Shown: positions 28,685 through 38,973 of the stretch, piece after piece
Numbering within the stretch: the first letter of the stretch is position 1
Layout of the letters: each line of letters begins with the position of its first letter
Source of the DNA: Pirellulales bacterium
GTDB taxonomy: Bacteria > Planctomycetota > Planctomycetia > Pirellulales > JACPPG01
Direction: 5' to 3'
Assembly: GCA_035546535.1 (NCBI GenBank)
Contig: DASZWQ010000066.1
Coordinates: forward strand, 14,222 to 78,221
DNA: 64,000 nt
The notes under the pieces: generated by a model
Told to the model about the DNA's origin: nothing
The model's input: the letters and a program-made list of their open reading frames with translations, nothing else
Database searches by the model: none
Program-made: the position numbers and the translations under genes

Positions 28685-28884
28685 GAAGCGGCCATTTCGC
28701 GACATTCCGCGAGGCTTTTGCCCGCCCCCGAGGTCGCAGCTAGCGACTGCTCTTGGAGATTCCGCCCCGGCTGGGCTACGATCGCTCTGGCTCGCGTGCG
28801 CGCCCTTTTGGGGACCCGTCGGGCACTAGGGCGCGCGAAGGATCGCGAGCACGGCGACAAGCAACAGCGAAACGGAATTCGATC

Positions 28885-31083
28885 ATGACGAACCCCTTGC
28901 GCCTCGTGCTGGTGCTGCACCAGCATCAGCCGGTCGGCAATCTGGAAGCGGTCAACGAGGAGATTTATCGAGACAGCTATCTCCCTCTGTTGGAGACGCT
29001 CGCCGAATATCCCTCCTTGCCGGTGAACTTGCACGTCAGCGGTTCGCTCGTCGATTGGCTGTCCGCGCGGCATCCGGAGTACCTGCACCGGGTGCGCGAG
29101 CTGGTTACGGCCCAACGCATCGAGATCTTGGGCGGCGCTTATCACGATCCGATCCTGCCGATGCTCTCGCACACCGACCGGCGCGGGCAGATCGACACGT
29201 TCGGCCGCCGGCTAGGCCAACTGTGCGGTGTCCGCCCGCGCGGCATGTGGCTTGCCGAGCGGATTTGGGAACCTTCGATCGCGGCCGATATGGCCGCTTG
29301 CGACATCGAGCACACGGTGCTCGACGATTACCACTTTCACGCGGCCGGCCTCGCGAACGATCGCTTGCGTGGGTACTACTTGACCGAAGCGGCCGGACAA
29401 CTCGTGGCCCTGTTTGCCGGCGACGAGCAGTTGCGCTACCTGATTCCGTTTGCCGAGCCGGAAGAAACGATCGCCTATCTGCGCGGGATCGCGCAGGCCA
29501 CGCCGGGCGCCGTGATGGTTTACGCCGACGATGCCGAGAAGTTCGGCTCGTGGCCCGGCATGCGCGAGCGCGTGTACGAGCGGCAATGGCTGCGCCGCTT
29601 CCTGGCGGCGCTCACGGCCCATGCCGATTGGCTGCGCGTGACGACGCTGGGCGAAACGATCGATCACGTGCCCCCCTTGGGCAAGGTTTACGTGCCCGAG
29701 GGGAGCTACCGCGAAATGGATACCTGGTCGACGCTGTCGAGCGGAAGTTCTCGGCCGCAGGGCACCTGGCGCAATTTCCGCGTGAAGTATCCCGAAATCG
29801 ACGAGATGTATTGCCGCATGTTGGCCGTCAGTCGGCGCTGCGAAGCGGCCGCCGCCGAAGCTGATGACGACCCGACGGTCGCCGTCGTGCGCGAGGCGCA
29901 GCAGGCTCTCTATCGCGCCCAGTGCGGCTGCGCGTATTGGCATGGCATCTTCGGCGGCGTCTACGTGCCGCACTTGCGCCAGGCGGTTTATCAAAACCTG
30001 ATTGAGGCCGAAAAGCATCTCGACACCGCCGCCGGCCGCAGTGAGCCGTGGCTGTCGGCCACGATCGATGATTTCAATCTGGACGTCCACAAGGAATTAC
30101 AGCTGGCCAATAGCAAGCTGTCACTTTTTCTCGCGCCGGAAGCCGGTGGCAGTCTGTACGAGCTTGACGTCCGTGAGACAGGCTCGAACTTACTGGCCAC
30201 GCTAGCCAGACGCCCGGAACCGTACCACCCGCAGCCTTCCGCAACAGCGACAAGCGACAACGAAGCAACTACCCAGCCATTGGTCTATGACGCGCACTGC
30301 CGCAGAAGCCTGCTGGATCACTTTTTCGATGCCAGTGCCACGCTCGATGAGGTTGCCATGAATCGCGCGATCGAGCGTGGCGACTTCGTGCAGGGGCGCT
30401 ACCGCGCGCGATTGCGCCGCACCGGCGAGGGCGTCTGCGCGCAGCTTGCGCGGGCGGGCCACCTGTGGGGACGCGGCGTTACGGTCACGAAGGAAGTTAC
30501 GCTGTGGGCCGAGCGCGCCACGATGAACGTTCATTACGAGCTGACCGGGCTGCCGCCGGGGCAACCTTTGCAGTTCGCCATTGAGTTCAATTTTGCCGGC
30601 TTTCCGCCCGGCACCGCCGACCGTTACTTTGTCGACGCCCGTAACCAGGTGCTCTCGGACCTGGGGCGGCGCGTCGATCTGCCGGCTGCCCCTTCACTAC
30701 GGCTGGTGGATCGTTGCCAGGGGCTCGATGTCAGCCTGGCCGTGTCCGAGCCGGCCGGCTTTTGGGCGTTCCCGATTCTCTCGACGAGCCGGTCGCAGCG
30801 CGGCCTCGAAACCATCCAGCAATCGGTCGCCGTCATGCCGCATTGGCGGATCGTCGGTGATGCGACGGGGCGCTTCGCTGTTGATTTGCAGTTGTCGGTC
30901 GTTACCTCGCCGGCTGGTTCCCATCCCGCGCTCGCGCTGCGCCCCGTGCCTCAACAGGCGGTCGCTGCCGCTGCGCCGCGGACGGCCGACAGTACGGTGC
31001 GGTACGTGATCGATTCGGCCCACGAGCAGATCGCTCCGAAATCGGCCACCGCGACACCGACGCGATATATGTACGGGCTGTAG
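28885..31083 (+). CDS. glycoside hydrolase family 57 protein (alpha-amylase/4-alpha-glucanotransferase type with C-terminal extension)
   Basis: MTNPLRLVLVLHQHQPVGN..., SLPVNLHVSGSLVDWL and WLAERIWEP are typical GH57 blocks. About 730 aa. Confidence 0.85.
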   Translation: MTNPLRLVLVLHQHQPVGNLEAVNEEIYRDSYLPLLETLAEYPSLPVNLHVSGSLVDWLSARHPEYLHRVRELVTAQRIEILGGAYHDPILPMLSHTDRRGQIDTFGRRLGQLCGVRPRGMWLAERIWEPSIAADMAACDIEHTVLDDYHFHAAGLANDRLRGYYLTEAAGQLVALFAGDEQLRYLIPFAEPEETIAYLRGIAQATPGAVMVYADDAEKFGSWPGMRERVYERQWLRRFLAALTAHADWLRVTTLGETIDHVPPLGKVYVPEGSYREMDTWSTLSSGSSRPQGTWRNFRVKYPEIDEMYCRMLAVSRRCEAAAAEADDDPTVAVVREAQQALYRAQCGCAYWHGIFGGVYVPHLRQAVYQNLIEAEKHLDTAAGRSEPWLSATIDDFNLDVHKELQLANSKLSLFLAPEAGGSLYELDVRETGSNLLATLARRPEPYHPQPSATATSDNEATTQPLVYDAHCRRSLLDHFFDASATLDEVAMNRAIERGDFVQGRYRARLRRTGEGVCAQLARAGHLWGRGVTVTKEVTLWAERATMNVHYELTGLPPGQPLQFAIEFNFAGFPPGTADRYFVDARNQVLSDLGRRVDLPAAPSLRLVDRCQGLDVSLAVSEPAGFWAFPILSTSRSQRGLETIQQSVAVMPHWRIVGDATGRFAVDLQLSVVTSPAGSHPALALRPVPQQAVAAAAPRTADSTVRYVIDSAHEQIAPKSATATPTRYMYGL

Positions 31084-31352
31084 GGCAGGCCTGACGAAAA
31101 GGCGGCGGCGGGCTTGAGAAGGCCCCGTAGCACGCGATAACTACCTCCGATTCTTGCCAGAACATCTGACAACGACACGCGTTACGCGAATTTCGCCTGC
31201 CGGCCTGAAACTCCTCGCGCGTGGCGGGGTTTAATCCGATGGCCGAAGCGCTCGGTCGTGCCGACAAACTCACGCGGCCAACGATTCGCTCCATGCGGTC
31301 CAATTCCGGGCCGAGCTGATCATTCATTTCGCACCCTCGAAAGGAGTTCGCT

Positions 31353-32027
31353 ATGGCGTCCTCGCGGTGGCTCAAGGTTCTGGTCTTGGCGGTTCTGGTG
31401 GCGGTCGGCTCGCTGAATGCCGCTAGCGCGCAGCAGCGCGGCCGCGGTGGTTTCGGGGGGGCGATGGCGGGCGGCGATGGGCTGAGGATTCTGGCGATTC
31501 CGCCGGTCCAGGACGAATTGAAGTTGAACGCCGCGCAGAAGACCGCGGTGCGCGAAGCGACCGAAGAAATGCAGGCAACGTTCTCCGGCTTGCGCGACCT
31601 GTCGCAGGAGGAGCGCCGCGAGAAGATGCAGGAGCTGCAGCAGAAGACGAAGGACCTGCGGACGAAGGTCGAAGCCACGCTCGAGCCGGCACAAAAGGAA
31701 CGTTTCAAGCAGCTCGTTCTGCAGCGTCGCGGTGCGTTCGGCGCGCTGCAAGATCCGGAAGTCGCCACGGCGCTGAAGCTCACCGACGACCAGAAGAAGA
31801 AGGTCGAGACCCTGGCCGAGGAATCGCGCCCCGGTCGCGGCCAAGGAGGTGGCGGCGGTGGCGGCGGCGATCGGGCCGCCATGCGCGAACGGTTCGCGGC
31901 CATGCAGAAGGAACGCAATGACAAGGCCCTGGCCATCCTGACCGCCGAGCAAAAGGCGGAGTTCGAGAAACTACAAGGCGCGAAGTTCAACTTCCCGGCC
32001 GGCGGTGGATTCCAGCCCGGCGCTTAG
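31353..32027 (+). CDS. secreted Spy/CpxP-like (LTxxQ-repeat) periplasmic protein
   Basis: AAGGAG RBS 6 nt upstream. Signal peptide MASSRWLKVLVLAVLVAVGSLNAASA. Motifs LKLNAAQK, LTDDQKKK and LTAEQKAEF. Internal G8 run. Confidence 0.6.
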   Translation: MASSRWLKVLVLAVLVAVGSLNAASAQQRGRGGFGGAMAGGDGLRILAIPPVQDELKLNAAQKTAVREATEEMQATFSGLRDLSQEERREKMQELQQKTKDLRTKVEATLEPAQKERFKQLVLQRRGAFGALQDPEVATALKLTDDQKKKVETLAEESRPGRGQGGGGGGGGDRAAMRERFAAMQKERNDKALAILTAEQKAEFEKLQGAKFNFPAGGGFQPGA

Positions 32028-32089
32028 TCGATTTTCGCAGAACCTTTGCTCGCGGGGCCGGAACAGAGAATCCGGTCCTGGTCTGGATG

Positions 32090-32137
32090 GGCGGAGCTGC
32101 GGCACATGAAACGGCCGTAGCTCCGCCTTTATTTTTT
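32090..32137 (+). terminator. rho-independent terminator
   Basis: ggcggagct ... agctccgcc 9-bp perfect stem followed by tttatttttt. Confidence 0.7.
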
Positions 32138-32260
32138 GCCGCCGGCGCTGGCAATTGTCGGCCCCAATGGTTCCAATAGTCGGGCAACGCGACGTGACGA
32201 ACAGTAAACGTAAGAGTCGGCAGTTCCGACTCGCTTCTCTACATACAAAAGGGTGCCTTC

Positions 32261-34138
32261 ATGCGAGGTTTCCGGCCCGCTCTTCTCTCGGCTCTCACGT
32301 TCCTGGCAGCCTTGGCCTTGGAAAACCGTGCCGTCCGAGCGGCCGACGCGGCCGCGGCCACGCCGATCGGCAAGCGCGTTGCTTCGGTCGCACTACCGGA
32401 TCATCACGGGCGCGACGTTTCGCTGTCCGACTTTCAAGAGAAGAAGGTCCTGGTGCTGGTGTTCCTCGGCACCGAATGCCCGCTGGCCAAGAGCTACGCG
32501 CTAAGGCTTAACGAGCTGGCGAAAGAATACGAGTCGCAAGGCGTGGCCTTCCTCGGCATCGATTCGAATCTGCAGGATTCGCTTTCGGATATCGCCGCGT
32601 TCGTCAAAGCCCATGATCTCGCCTTTCCGCTGCTCAAGGACCTGGGCAACAAGCTGGCCGACACGCTCGGCGCGCAGCGCACGCCCGAGGCCTTTCTGCT
32701 CGACGGCGAACGCGTCGTTCGCTATTGGGGGCGGATCGATGATCAGTACGGCTTCAAAACGGGCGCCGGCTACGTGAAGCCGAAGCTGAACGAACGCTCG
32801 CTGGCCCTCGCGATCGACGACGTGCTGGCCGGGCGGCCGGTCGCCAAGCCGATGACCAAGGCCGACGGTTGCTTGATCGGCCGCGTGAAACACGAGCCGC
32901 ACGGCGAGGTCACGTACTCGAACCAGATCGCGCGGATCTTCAACGATCGCTGCGTCAGTTGCCACCGGCCGGGCGAGATCGCGCCCTTTGCCATGACGTC
33001 GTACGACGAAGTGCAGGGCTGGGCCGAGATGATCGGCGAGGTCGTGGCCGACGGGCGCATGCCGCCGTGGTTCGCCGATCCGCACTTCGGAAACTTCAAA
33101 AACGACCCCCGGGTGACCGACGACGAACGAAAGATGATCGCCACGTGGATCGCCAACGGCTGCCCCGAAGGGGACAAGAGCCAGTTGCCGGCGCCGCGCG
33201 AGTTTGCCGAAGGTTGGCAAATCGGCCAGCCGGACCAGATCGTCTACATGCAAGACGAACCGTTCCAGGTTCCCGCCGAGGGAACCGTCGAATACCAGTT
33301 CTTCACCGTCGACCCCGGCTGGACCGAGGACAAATGGGTGCAGGCCAGCGAATGCCGGCCGAGCAATCGAAGCGTCGTACATCACATCATTGTCTTCCCG
33401 CGACGCGAGGGGGATGACGATATGGGAGGTCGTGGCGGCCTGGCCGGCTACGCGCCCGGAACGCCTCCGCACGTGAATCCGCCGGGCACGGCCGTCTTCG
33501 TACCGGCCGGCTCGAAGCTGGTTTTCCAATTGCACTACACGCCTAACGGCTCGCCACAGAAGGATCGCAGCGCCGTGGCGATCAAGTTCGAAGACCCGAA
33601 GAACGTGAAGTGGCGCGTCGCCACGATCGGCGCCTCGAACGCCGCGTTTGCCATTCCGCCGCATGCGGATAATTACCCGGTGGAATCGCAGCAGAAATTC
33701 GGCAGCGACATCCAACTGCTGTCGCTCTTCCCGCACATGCACTTGCGCGGCAAGGCGTTCCACTACGAGGCCATCTATCCCGACGGGACGAAGGAAGTGC
33801 TGCTTGATGTGCCGCACTACGACTTCAATTGGCAAAACAGCTTCATTTTCGAAAAGATGAAGACACTGCCCAAGGGAACGACGCTGCACTGCCTCGCGCA
33901 TTTCGACAATTCGGAGCACAACCTCGCGAATCCGAATCCGGACGAGACGGTGAAGTGGGGCGATCAAACCTGGGAAGAGATGATGATCGGCTGGTACGAC
34001 ATGGCCGTGCCGGTCGAGGCGTCGCTGGCCGAGGCCGTGCCCGAACGGGCCAACCGCCGCCGCAATCGCGACGGCGAAACGCGGCAAAAGCAGGAAGCCA
34101 AGCCCGAGGCCAAACCAGCCGACGGCGACGCGGAATAA
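32261..34138 (+). CDS. secreted fusion protein: AhpC/TSA-type redoxin + CxxCH heme motif + copper type II ascorbate-dependent monooxygenase-like domains
   Basis: Signal peptide present. Redoxin block KKVLVLVFLGTECPLAKSY. CVSCHRPGEIAPF. Cu-ligand-like HH (SVVHHIIVF), H (QLHYTPNG), HxH (PHMHLRG) and M (WEEMMIGW). Confidence 0.75.
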   Translation: MRGFRPALLSALTFLAALALENRAVRAADAAAATPIGKRVASVALPDHHGRDVSLSDFQEKKVLVLVFLGTECPLAKSYALRLNELAKEYESQGVAFLGIDSNLQDSLSDIAAFVKAHDLAFPLLKDLGNKLADTLGAQRTPEAFLLDGERVVRYWGRIDDQYGFKTGAGYVKPKLNERSLALAIDDVLAGRPVAKPMTKADGCLIGRVKHEPHGEVTYSNQIARIFNDRCVSCHRPGEIAPFAMTSYDEVQGWAEMIGEVVADGRMPPWFADPHFGNFKNDPRVTDDERKMIATWIANGCPEGDKSQLPAPREFAEGWQIGQPDQIVYMQDEPFQVPAEGTVEYQFFTVDPGWTEDKWVQASECRPSNRSVVHHIIVFPRREGDDDMGGRGGLAGYAPGTPPHVNPPGTAVFVPAGSKLVFQLHYTPNGSPQKDRSAVAIKFEDPKNVKWRVATIGASNAAFAIPPHADNYPVESQQKFGSDIQLLSLFPHMHLRGKAFHYEAIYPDGTKEVLLDVPHYDFNWQNSFIFEKMKTLPKGTTLHCLAHFDNSEHNLANPNPDETVKWGDQTWEEMMIGWYDMAVPVEASLAEAVPERANRRRNRDGETRQKQEAKPEAKPADGDAE

Positions 34139-34197
34139 GACGCCGTATGATTGCGCTTCGAACCGTGCATTCGCGCAGAGCGCGGATGGGTTGAACC

Positions 34198-34230
34198 GTC
34201 TCCCCTCAGGGGAGAGGGCTGGGTGAGCGG
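34198..34230. repeat. Family C element
   Basis: gtctcccctcaggggagagggctgggtgagcgg. Confidence 0.5.
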
Positions 34231-34444
34231 CGAGACGCTCACGAAAAATCTGCTCGGCGCTCAACGAGACGACCGAACTCGACAAGAATCAAAGTCGCGC
34301 GAAGCGAGACGCCCCTACCCTCCCCTAGCAGCCTGTTGAAGAACTCAACGGGCTGCGACATCGCAGGGATGGGATGGCAAAATGTCGACGTAAGTCGTTA
34401 TTTTGCGAGCCGTGCGAAGCTTTGCTTCGCACTTGGCGAGGTTG

Positions 34445-34467
34445 AAAAAAGCCACGAGGGCTTTTTT
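34445..34467. terminator. bidirectional terminator-like hairpin between convergent genes
   Basis: aaaaaagcc-acgag-ggctttttt. The 8-bp stem includes A/T runs on both sides. Confidence 0.6.
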
Positions 34468-34570
34468 CAACAGGCTGCTGGCCCCTCCCTGATAGGGCGG
34501 GGGATCAACGGCGCTGGACGCGCGCAATCGAGACTCTGCAGCGCGACCAAGCTTTCGGTGCAGCTGGCGT

Positions 34571-37495
34571 CTATGGCTGCTCCAGCAATCGCCGCTCGGG
34601 AAGCGTGAGAAACGACAACACGTCCGCCACGTCCTGCGAAGTTAGTCGTTGCTCGAGCCCCTCGGGCATGAGCGACTTGCCCGAGGCTTGCAGCTCTTCG
34701 ATGTCAGCCCGCAGCACGACGTCGTCGGCGCCCTCGCCGCGACGTAGCGTAACGGCTTCGCCCGTGTCGCTGACGAGAATGCCTGCAAGCGCACGGCCGT
34801 CGCGTGTGATGAGTGAGTAGCTGAGAAAATCGGGCGCGACTTGCCGGCTGGGATCGAGGAGGTCACCGAGCAGCGTTTCCTTCGGCCGGCCGGCGACGCC
34901 TGAGATATCCGGTCCCACCTGCCGTCCGAACCCCAGGATCGTGTGACAGGTCGCGCAATGCTCCTTGAACAATTTCGCGCCATGCTCTCGGTTACCCGCT
35001 AGTTCGAGCGCCGGCCGATAGCGGGCCAGCACTTCGTCGCGGGGCGCGGGCGCGGACCTGGCAAATAGCTCCGCCGCTTGCGCTGCGATTTCCGCGTCGC
35101 GCGATTTTTCAAACGCTGCGCGCACCGCCGGATCGATCTCGGCCGCACGCACGACCTCGCGGGCGATGGCGTCGACAAACTCTCGGCTGGCAACGGTCGA
35201 TTCGAGCGCCGACGAAGCGATCAGCCGGCGCCGGGCCGGTGTGAAACTGGCCCAGCCGTCGATCAATTCACGTACAAGCGCCCCGTCGCCGCGGCGGCAG
35301 ATCGACGCGACCGCGGTATCCGCGGCTGGGCCCGTGGCCGAACCCGCCGCGAGCGGCGCCAACCGCGCGACCTGCTCCGACGAACCAACGTCCCCCACGA
35401 CGCGCACGGCCAGCGACCGTAAATCGGTGCGGGCCGCTTCCGCGAATGCCTGGCCGAGGGCCGCATCAATGGTCGGCACGAGGCGAGGGTCGCGGCTGGG
35501 GTCCGCGGGCGATGCTTTGCCCGTCGCCGCCGTATGATGCCATGCCCGGGTCGCACCGGCGAGAACGGCCAACCGCCCCGACAGATTTTTTTCGGCACGG
35601 TCAGACGCGAGGAAATCCATGCAACTGCCGGCGTCGGACTCGTTCGGCACCACGGCCCAGCACTCGCCCAAGTACTCCAGCGTCTCGACCTGTTCGATCG
35701 AAGGATCGCCGAGCCAGGAAGAATTCTCCGCGGCTAGTCGCGCGATGAAGGGACCGGCTACGTCGGCAGCGCTGGCCGAGAGTGCGCGGACAATCCATGG
35801 CGCGTCCTTGACGCGGGCAAGCGCAACCAACGCGGGCAGCTTTTCTTCGGCCGGCAGATCGCCCACGGCGCGTGCCAGTTCGAACAGCACGCCGGCATCT
35901 TTTTCGGTTTCCGCCAGCCGGCAGGCAGCCTGCCGCAGCGCTTGCGCATTGCGCCAGCGCAGCGCGGCCAAAAGAACCGCCTGGCGACGAACGTCGGCTG
36001 CCGGATGCGCGAACGAGGCGAGCACGGCCGCATCGTCGAGCGCGCCGATCCCATCCAACGTTGAAAGGGCGTGCAGCGCGGCGCGCGCGTTGTCGCCTCG
36101 GGCAAGCTTCAGCAATTGTGAAGCGACACTGCGATCGCCGCGTTCAACCAACAAACGCTGCGCGGTGTCGCGCCGCCAGCCGTTGGTACTCGCGAGCTCA
36201 GCAACCAGCTCGGCCGTGCCGGCTCTGGCCAGGTTCGGAGCGGTCTGCCGTGCGCGGTCGCGGCGATGAACGCGCCAGATGCGACCATGCGCCACTCCTT
36301 CGCGCCAATCGACTTTGTTCCGCCACTCGCCGGTCACGAATTGCGGGTGCTCGACCCAGCGGCGATAGAAATCGGCGATGTACAGTGCGCCATCCGGTCC
36401 TGTGCAGGCGAACACGGGATGGAACCAGGAATCGCGGGCGGCGAGGAACTCCTTCCCCTGTTCAACGCGGTGTGATACGAACGTCGGCCCGACGGGCGCG
36501 AGCTTGCGCCGATGTACCAGGCTCGACAGCGATTCGCCGACGAAGGCGTCGCCCGCGTATTCGTCTCCTAGAGCGTCTCCGCGAAAGATCCCCAGGCCGG
36601 CCATGGCGTTGTAATGATTCGTCGATTCGCGATTGAACGTCTGCGGCCTGGGGCTGATCGGGAAGACTTCGCCCAGGTCGCTCGGATCGGCAAGGTTGTG
36701 TACGGCCGCGGCGGCCAGGTACGGATTGCGCGATACGTCGGCCTCGCTGAACATCACCTGCCGGATAGGGATCGTATTCCACGACAGAAATCGCCGGCCC
36801 GCGTCGTCGTGCGTCTGGCCGAACTGGCTTTGCCCCATCACGGCCTCGAATCGTTTGAAGTCTCGCGAGAAGCGAAAATCGCGCGTGCGAATCGAAACGC
36901 CACGATCGGCCGGCTCGTCGGGGCGGCGCACCACGCCGTCGCTACGGCCGTTGGCGCCGTAGATCCAATTGTCCAGTCCCCAGCACAAACCATTGGCGCG
37001 CAGCTGCTGATTCCCTTCGCCGAAGCCGGTGAAGACGACCCGCCGCTCGTCGGCCACGCCGTCGTGGTCCGTATCGCGTAAGAGCAAGAAATCCGGAGCG
37101 GCCGTAACCAACAGCCCTTCGCCGGTCGCGAGCACGCCATTGGGAAAATTCAGCTTGTCGGCGAACAGCGTTGCGCGCTCGTAGTGACCGTCGCCGTCGG
37201 CATCGACGAGTTTGCGGATCGTGCCCGACGCCGGACCGACGGGGTAATCGCGCATTTCGGCCACGTACATCGCCCCGTCGGCGTCCCAGCACATGGCCAC
37301 CGGGCTTGTGACGTCGGGCTCGGCCGCGACGAGATCGATGGCCAGGTTCGCGTCGGCAAGCACAAACGTCGCCTGCTCCTGCTGCGGCGAGCGCGCCGTT
37401 TGAGGTGCGTCCTCGGCGCAACACGTCGCGCCGCCACCCAACAGTTGGGCGGCGGCGAGAAGAATGCTCCCGATCATTCGCGACTTTTGCATCAC
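34571..37495 (-). CDS. PVC-type putative membrane-bound dehydrogenase domain / HEAT-repeat / C-terminal heme-binding (CxxCH) protein
   Basis: Signal peptide MMQKSRMIGSILLAAAQLLG. N-terminal LAIDLVAAEPDVTSPVAMCWDADGAMYVAEMRDYP. C-terminal FKEHCATCHTILG...GPDISG... Confidence 0.8.
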   Translation of the reverse strand: MMQKSRMIGSILLAAAQLLGGGATCCAEDAPQTARSPQQEQATFVLADANLAIDLVAAEPDVTSPVAMCWDADGAMYVAEMRDYPVGPASGTIRKLVDADGDGHYERATLFADKLNFPNGVLATGEGLLVTAAPDFLLLRDTDHDGVADERRVVFTGFGEGNQQLRANGLCWGLDNWIYGANGRSDGVVRRPDEPADRGVSIRTRDFRFSRDFKRFEAVMGQSQFGQTHDDAGRRFLSWNTIPIRQVMFSEADVSRNPYLAAAAVHNLADPSDLGEVFPISPRPQTFNRESTNHYNAMAGLGIFRGDALGDEYAGDAFVGESLSSLVHRRKLAPVGPTFVSHRVEQGKEFLAARDSWFHPVFACTGPDGALYIADFYRRWVEHPQFVTGEWRNKVDWREGVAHGRIWRVHRRDRARQTAPNLARAGTAELVAELASTNGWRRDTAQRLLVERGDRSVASQLLKLARGDNARAALHALSTLDGIGALDDAAVLASFAHPAADVRRQAVLLAALRWRNAQALRQAACRLAETEKDAGVLFELARAVGDLPAEEKLPALVALARVKDAPWIVRALSASAADVAGPFIARLAAENSSWLGDPSIEQVETLEYLGECWAVVPNESDAGSCMDFLASDRAEKNLSGRLAVLAGATRAWHHTAATGKASPADPSRDPRLVPTIDAALGQAFAEAARTDLRSLAVRVVGDVGSSEQVARLAPLAAGSATGPAADTAVASICRRGDGALVRELIDGWASFTPARRRLIASSALESTVASREFVDAIAREVVRAAEIDPAVRAAFEKSRDAEIAAQAAELFARSAPAPRDEVLARYRPALELAGNREHGAKLFKEHCATCHTILGFGRQVGPDISGVAGRPKETLLGDLLDPSRQVAPDFLSYSLITRDGRALAGILVSDTGEAVTLRRGEGADDVVLRADIEELQASGKSLMPEGLEQRLTSQDVADVLSFLTLPERRLLEQP

Positions 37496-37560
37496 GCAGA
37501 GTCCTTGCCGAGCACTCGTTCCTGCCCGCCGGGCGAGCCCGGCGGCTAAATCCCCACTGA

Positions 37561-38973
37561 CTACTTTCCAGAAATTAGATCACCGAGCATCACCAAGGCG
37601 GCATCGGCGATTCGTTCACCGGTTCCTGGCTCGGCATAGCTTTGATGCCCCATCCATGTTTGATAGCCCCCCAGCTCGTGCCCCTCGCGGTCGGGCAGGT
37701 AACCGATCCAGTCGTTGGCCAACTCGGCGATGAACGTGTTCTTGACCGGCGATCGCTTCTTGATGTCGACTCCCAGCGAAGTGAAATACTCCGCCGGCAC
37801 GCCGACAATCGCCACGTCGCCGATTAACATCACTTGCACCCAGGTGTGCCGCTCCTTCCCCTGTTCGCCTTTCAATTCCAGCCGCTGCTGGCGAAAGACG
37901 TTGGCGATCGCGTCGGCGTGATCGGGCGCTCGCTTGCGGCAATAATTCAACACCTTGGCGTCTTCCGTTGCTTCGTCGAAGTGACGCACGCGAAACGTAA
38001 AGGGACGCCGCAGCGCCGCCAGATGCGTGACGGGGCGCGTTTCGGCTTTGGAGAGTGCGTCATTCACGGCTGTTTCGATCCGCGACATGGCTTCGGCGGC
38101 CGGGACGCCGGCGATATTGTGCGTCGAGCCGGAGGCGCCTTCCAGGAAACACACCGTCGCACCGAGCTTCTGTTCCAGGTCTTGCGCGGCTAGCCCGTAA
38201 AACGACGGCGAGCGCACGTTCGGCCGGATGGTGCCGATCGTGTGCGTCGAATGATTGAAGATCACGCCGCGCAGTTTGTCGGTCGCGTCGTAAAAGGCGA
38301 GCACCGGCAGTTGCGGATCGAAGGGACCCGTGGGCCGCACGGCGTCGTCACGCGAACCGATCCAATAGATCGTGTTGTCCGAGAGCAAGAGCCGGCTGTT
38401 GGCGCCGATGGTATTTTCCTCGCCGAGGTGGAAGGCGAAGCGGCAGCGCTCCGTGCGCCGCTCGTCGGCCAATTCCACCGCGCGAATGATCCCCTCGACC
38501 ACGCTCTTGATGAATTCCGGTTCCGGACCATAGCCGTGTACGCGGATCGTGCTGGGGGCTGAGTGCGTATGTGTGGCGTTCACCAGCAGGTGATCGGGCG
38601 CGATTCCGCAGCGTCGCTCGATCTCCTTGGCGGCCGCCTGCACCATGGCATCGGTCACGAACAACACGTCGCAGGCCACGATGGCGAATTTGCCCCCGTC
38701 CGGATGCTCGAGCACGACGGCCACGGCCCGCAACTGCCCTTCCTGCCCCTGCACCTTGGCTCCGCCGATGCCGCCGGCCACGGTCATTTCGTCGGTGGCC
38801 GTAAACTCGGCCGTTCCTGTGCCCACCTTCAAGGCACTATGGTCCGCCGGTGCCGCGGCATGCAGCACGCCTGCCCAACCTACGGCAACGAGCGCGACCA
38901 ATGCGGCGCGCACGAGCAGGCGAAGCGATGATCGGAGCAGTACACAACGATCTGGCAGCATCATCGGGAGCAC
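37561..38973 (-). CDS. neutral/alkaline ceramidase-like hydrolase, secreted
   Basis: Signal/TM present. FAIVACDVLFV...LLVNATHTHSAPS motif pattern typical of the neutral ceramidase N-terminal domain. Start (GTG 38973 or ATG 38964) uncertain. Confidence 0.6.
   Translation of the reverse strand: MLPMMLPDRCVLLRSSLRLLVRAALVALVAVGWAGVLHAAAPADHSALKVGTGTAEFTATDEMTVAGGIGGAKVQGQEGQLRAVAVVLEHPDGGKFAIVACDVLFVTDAMVQAAAKEIERRCGIAPDHLLVNATHTHSAPSTIRVHGYGPEPEFIKSVVEGIIRAVELADERRTERCRFAFHLGEENTIGANSRLLLSDNTIYWIGSRDDAVRPTGPFDPQLPVLAFYDATDKLRGVIFNHSTHTIGTIRPNVRSPSFYGLAAQDLEQKLGATVCFLEGASGSTHNIAGVPAAEAMSRIETAVNDALSKAETRPVTHLAALRRPFTFRVRHFDEATEDAKVLNYCRKRAPDHADAIANVFRQQRLELKGEQGKERHTWVQVMLIGDVAIVGVPAEYFTSLGVDIKKRSPVKNTFIAELANDWIGYLPDREGHELGGYQTWMGHQSYAEPGTGERIADAALVMLGDLISGK

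Noticed and set aside
30902-31990. 362-aa minus-strand ORF
   Set aside because: It is antisense to the Spy-like gene (which has an AAGGAG RBS, a signal peptide and a terminator) and to the GH57 3' end. It is a Ser/Arg/Pro/Ala low-complexity sequence.
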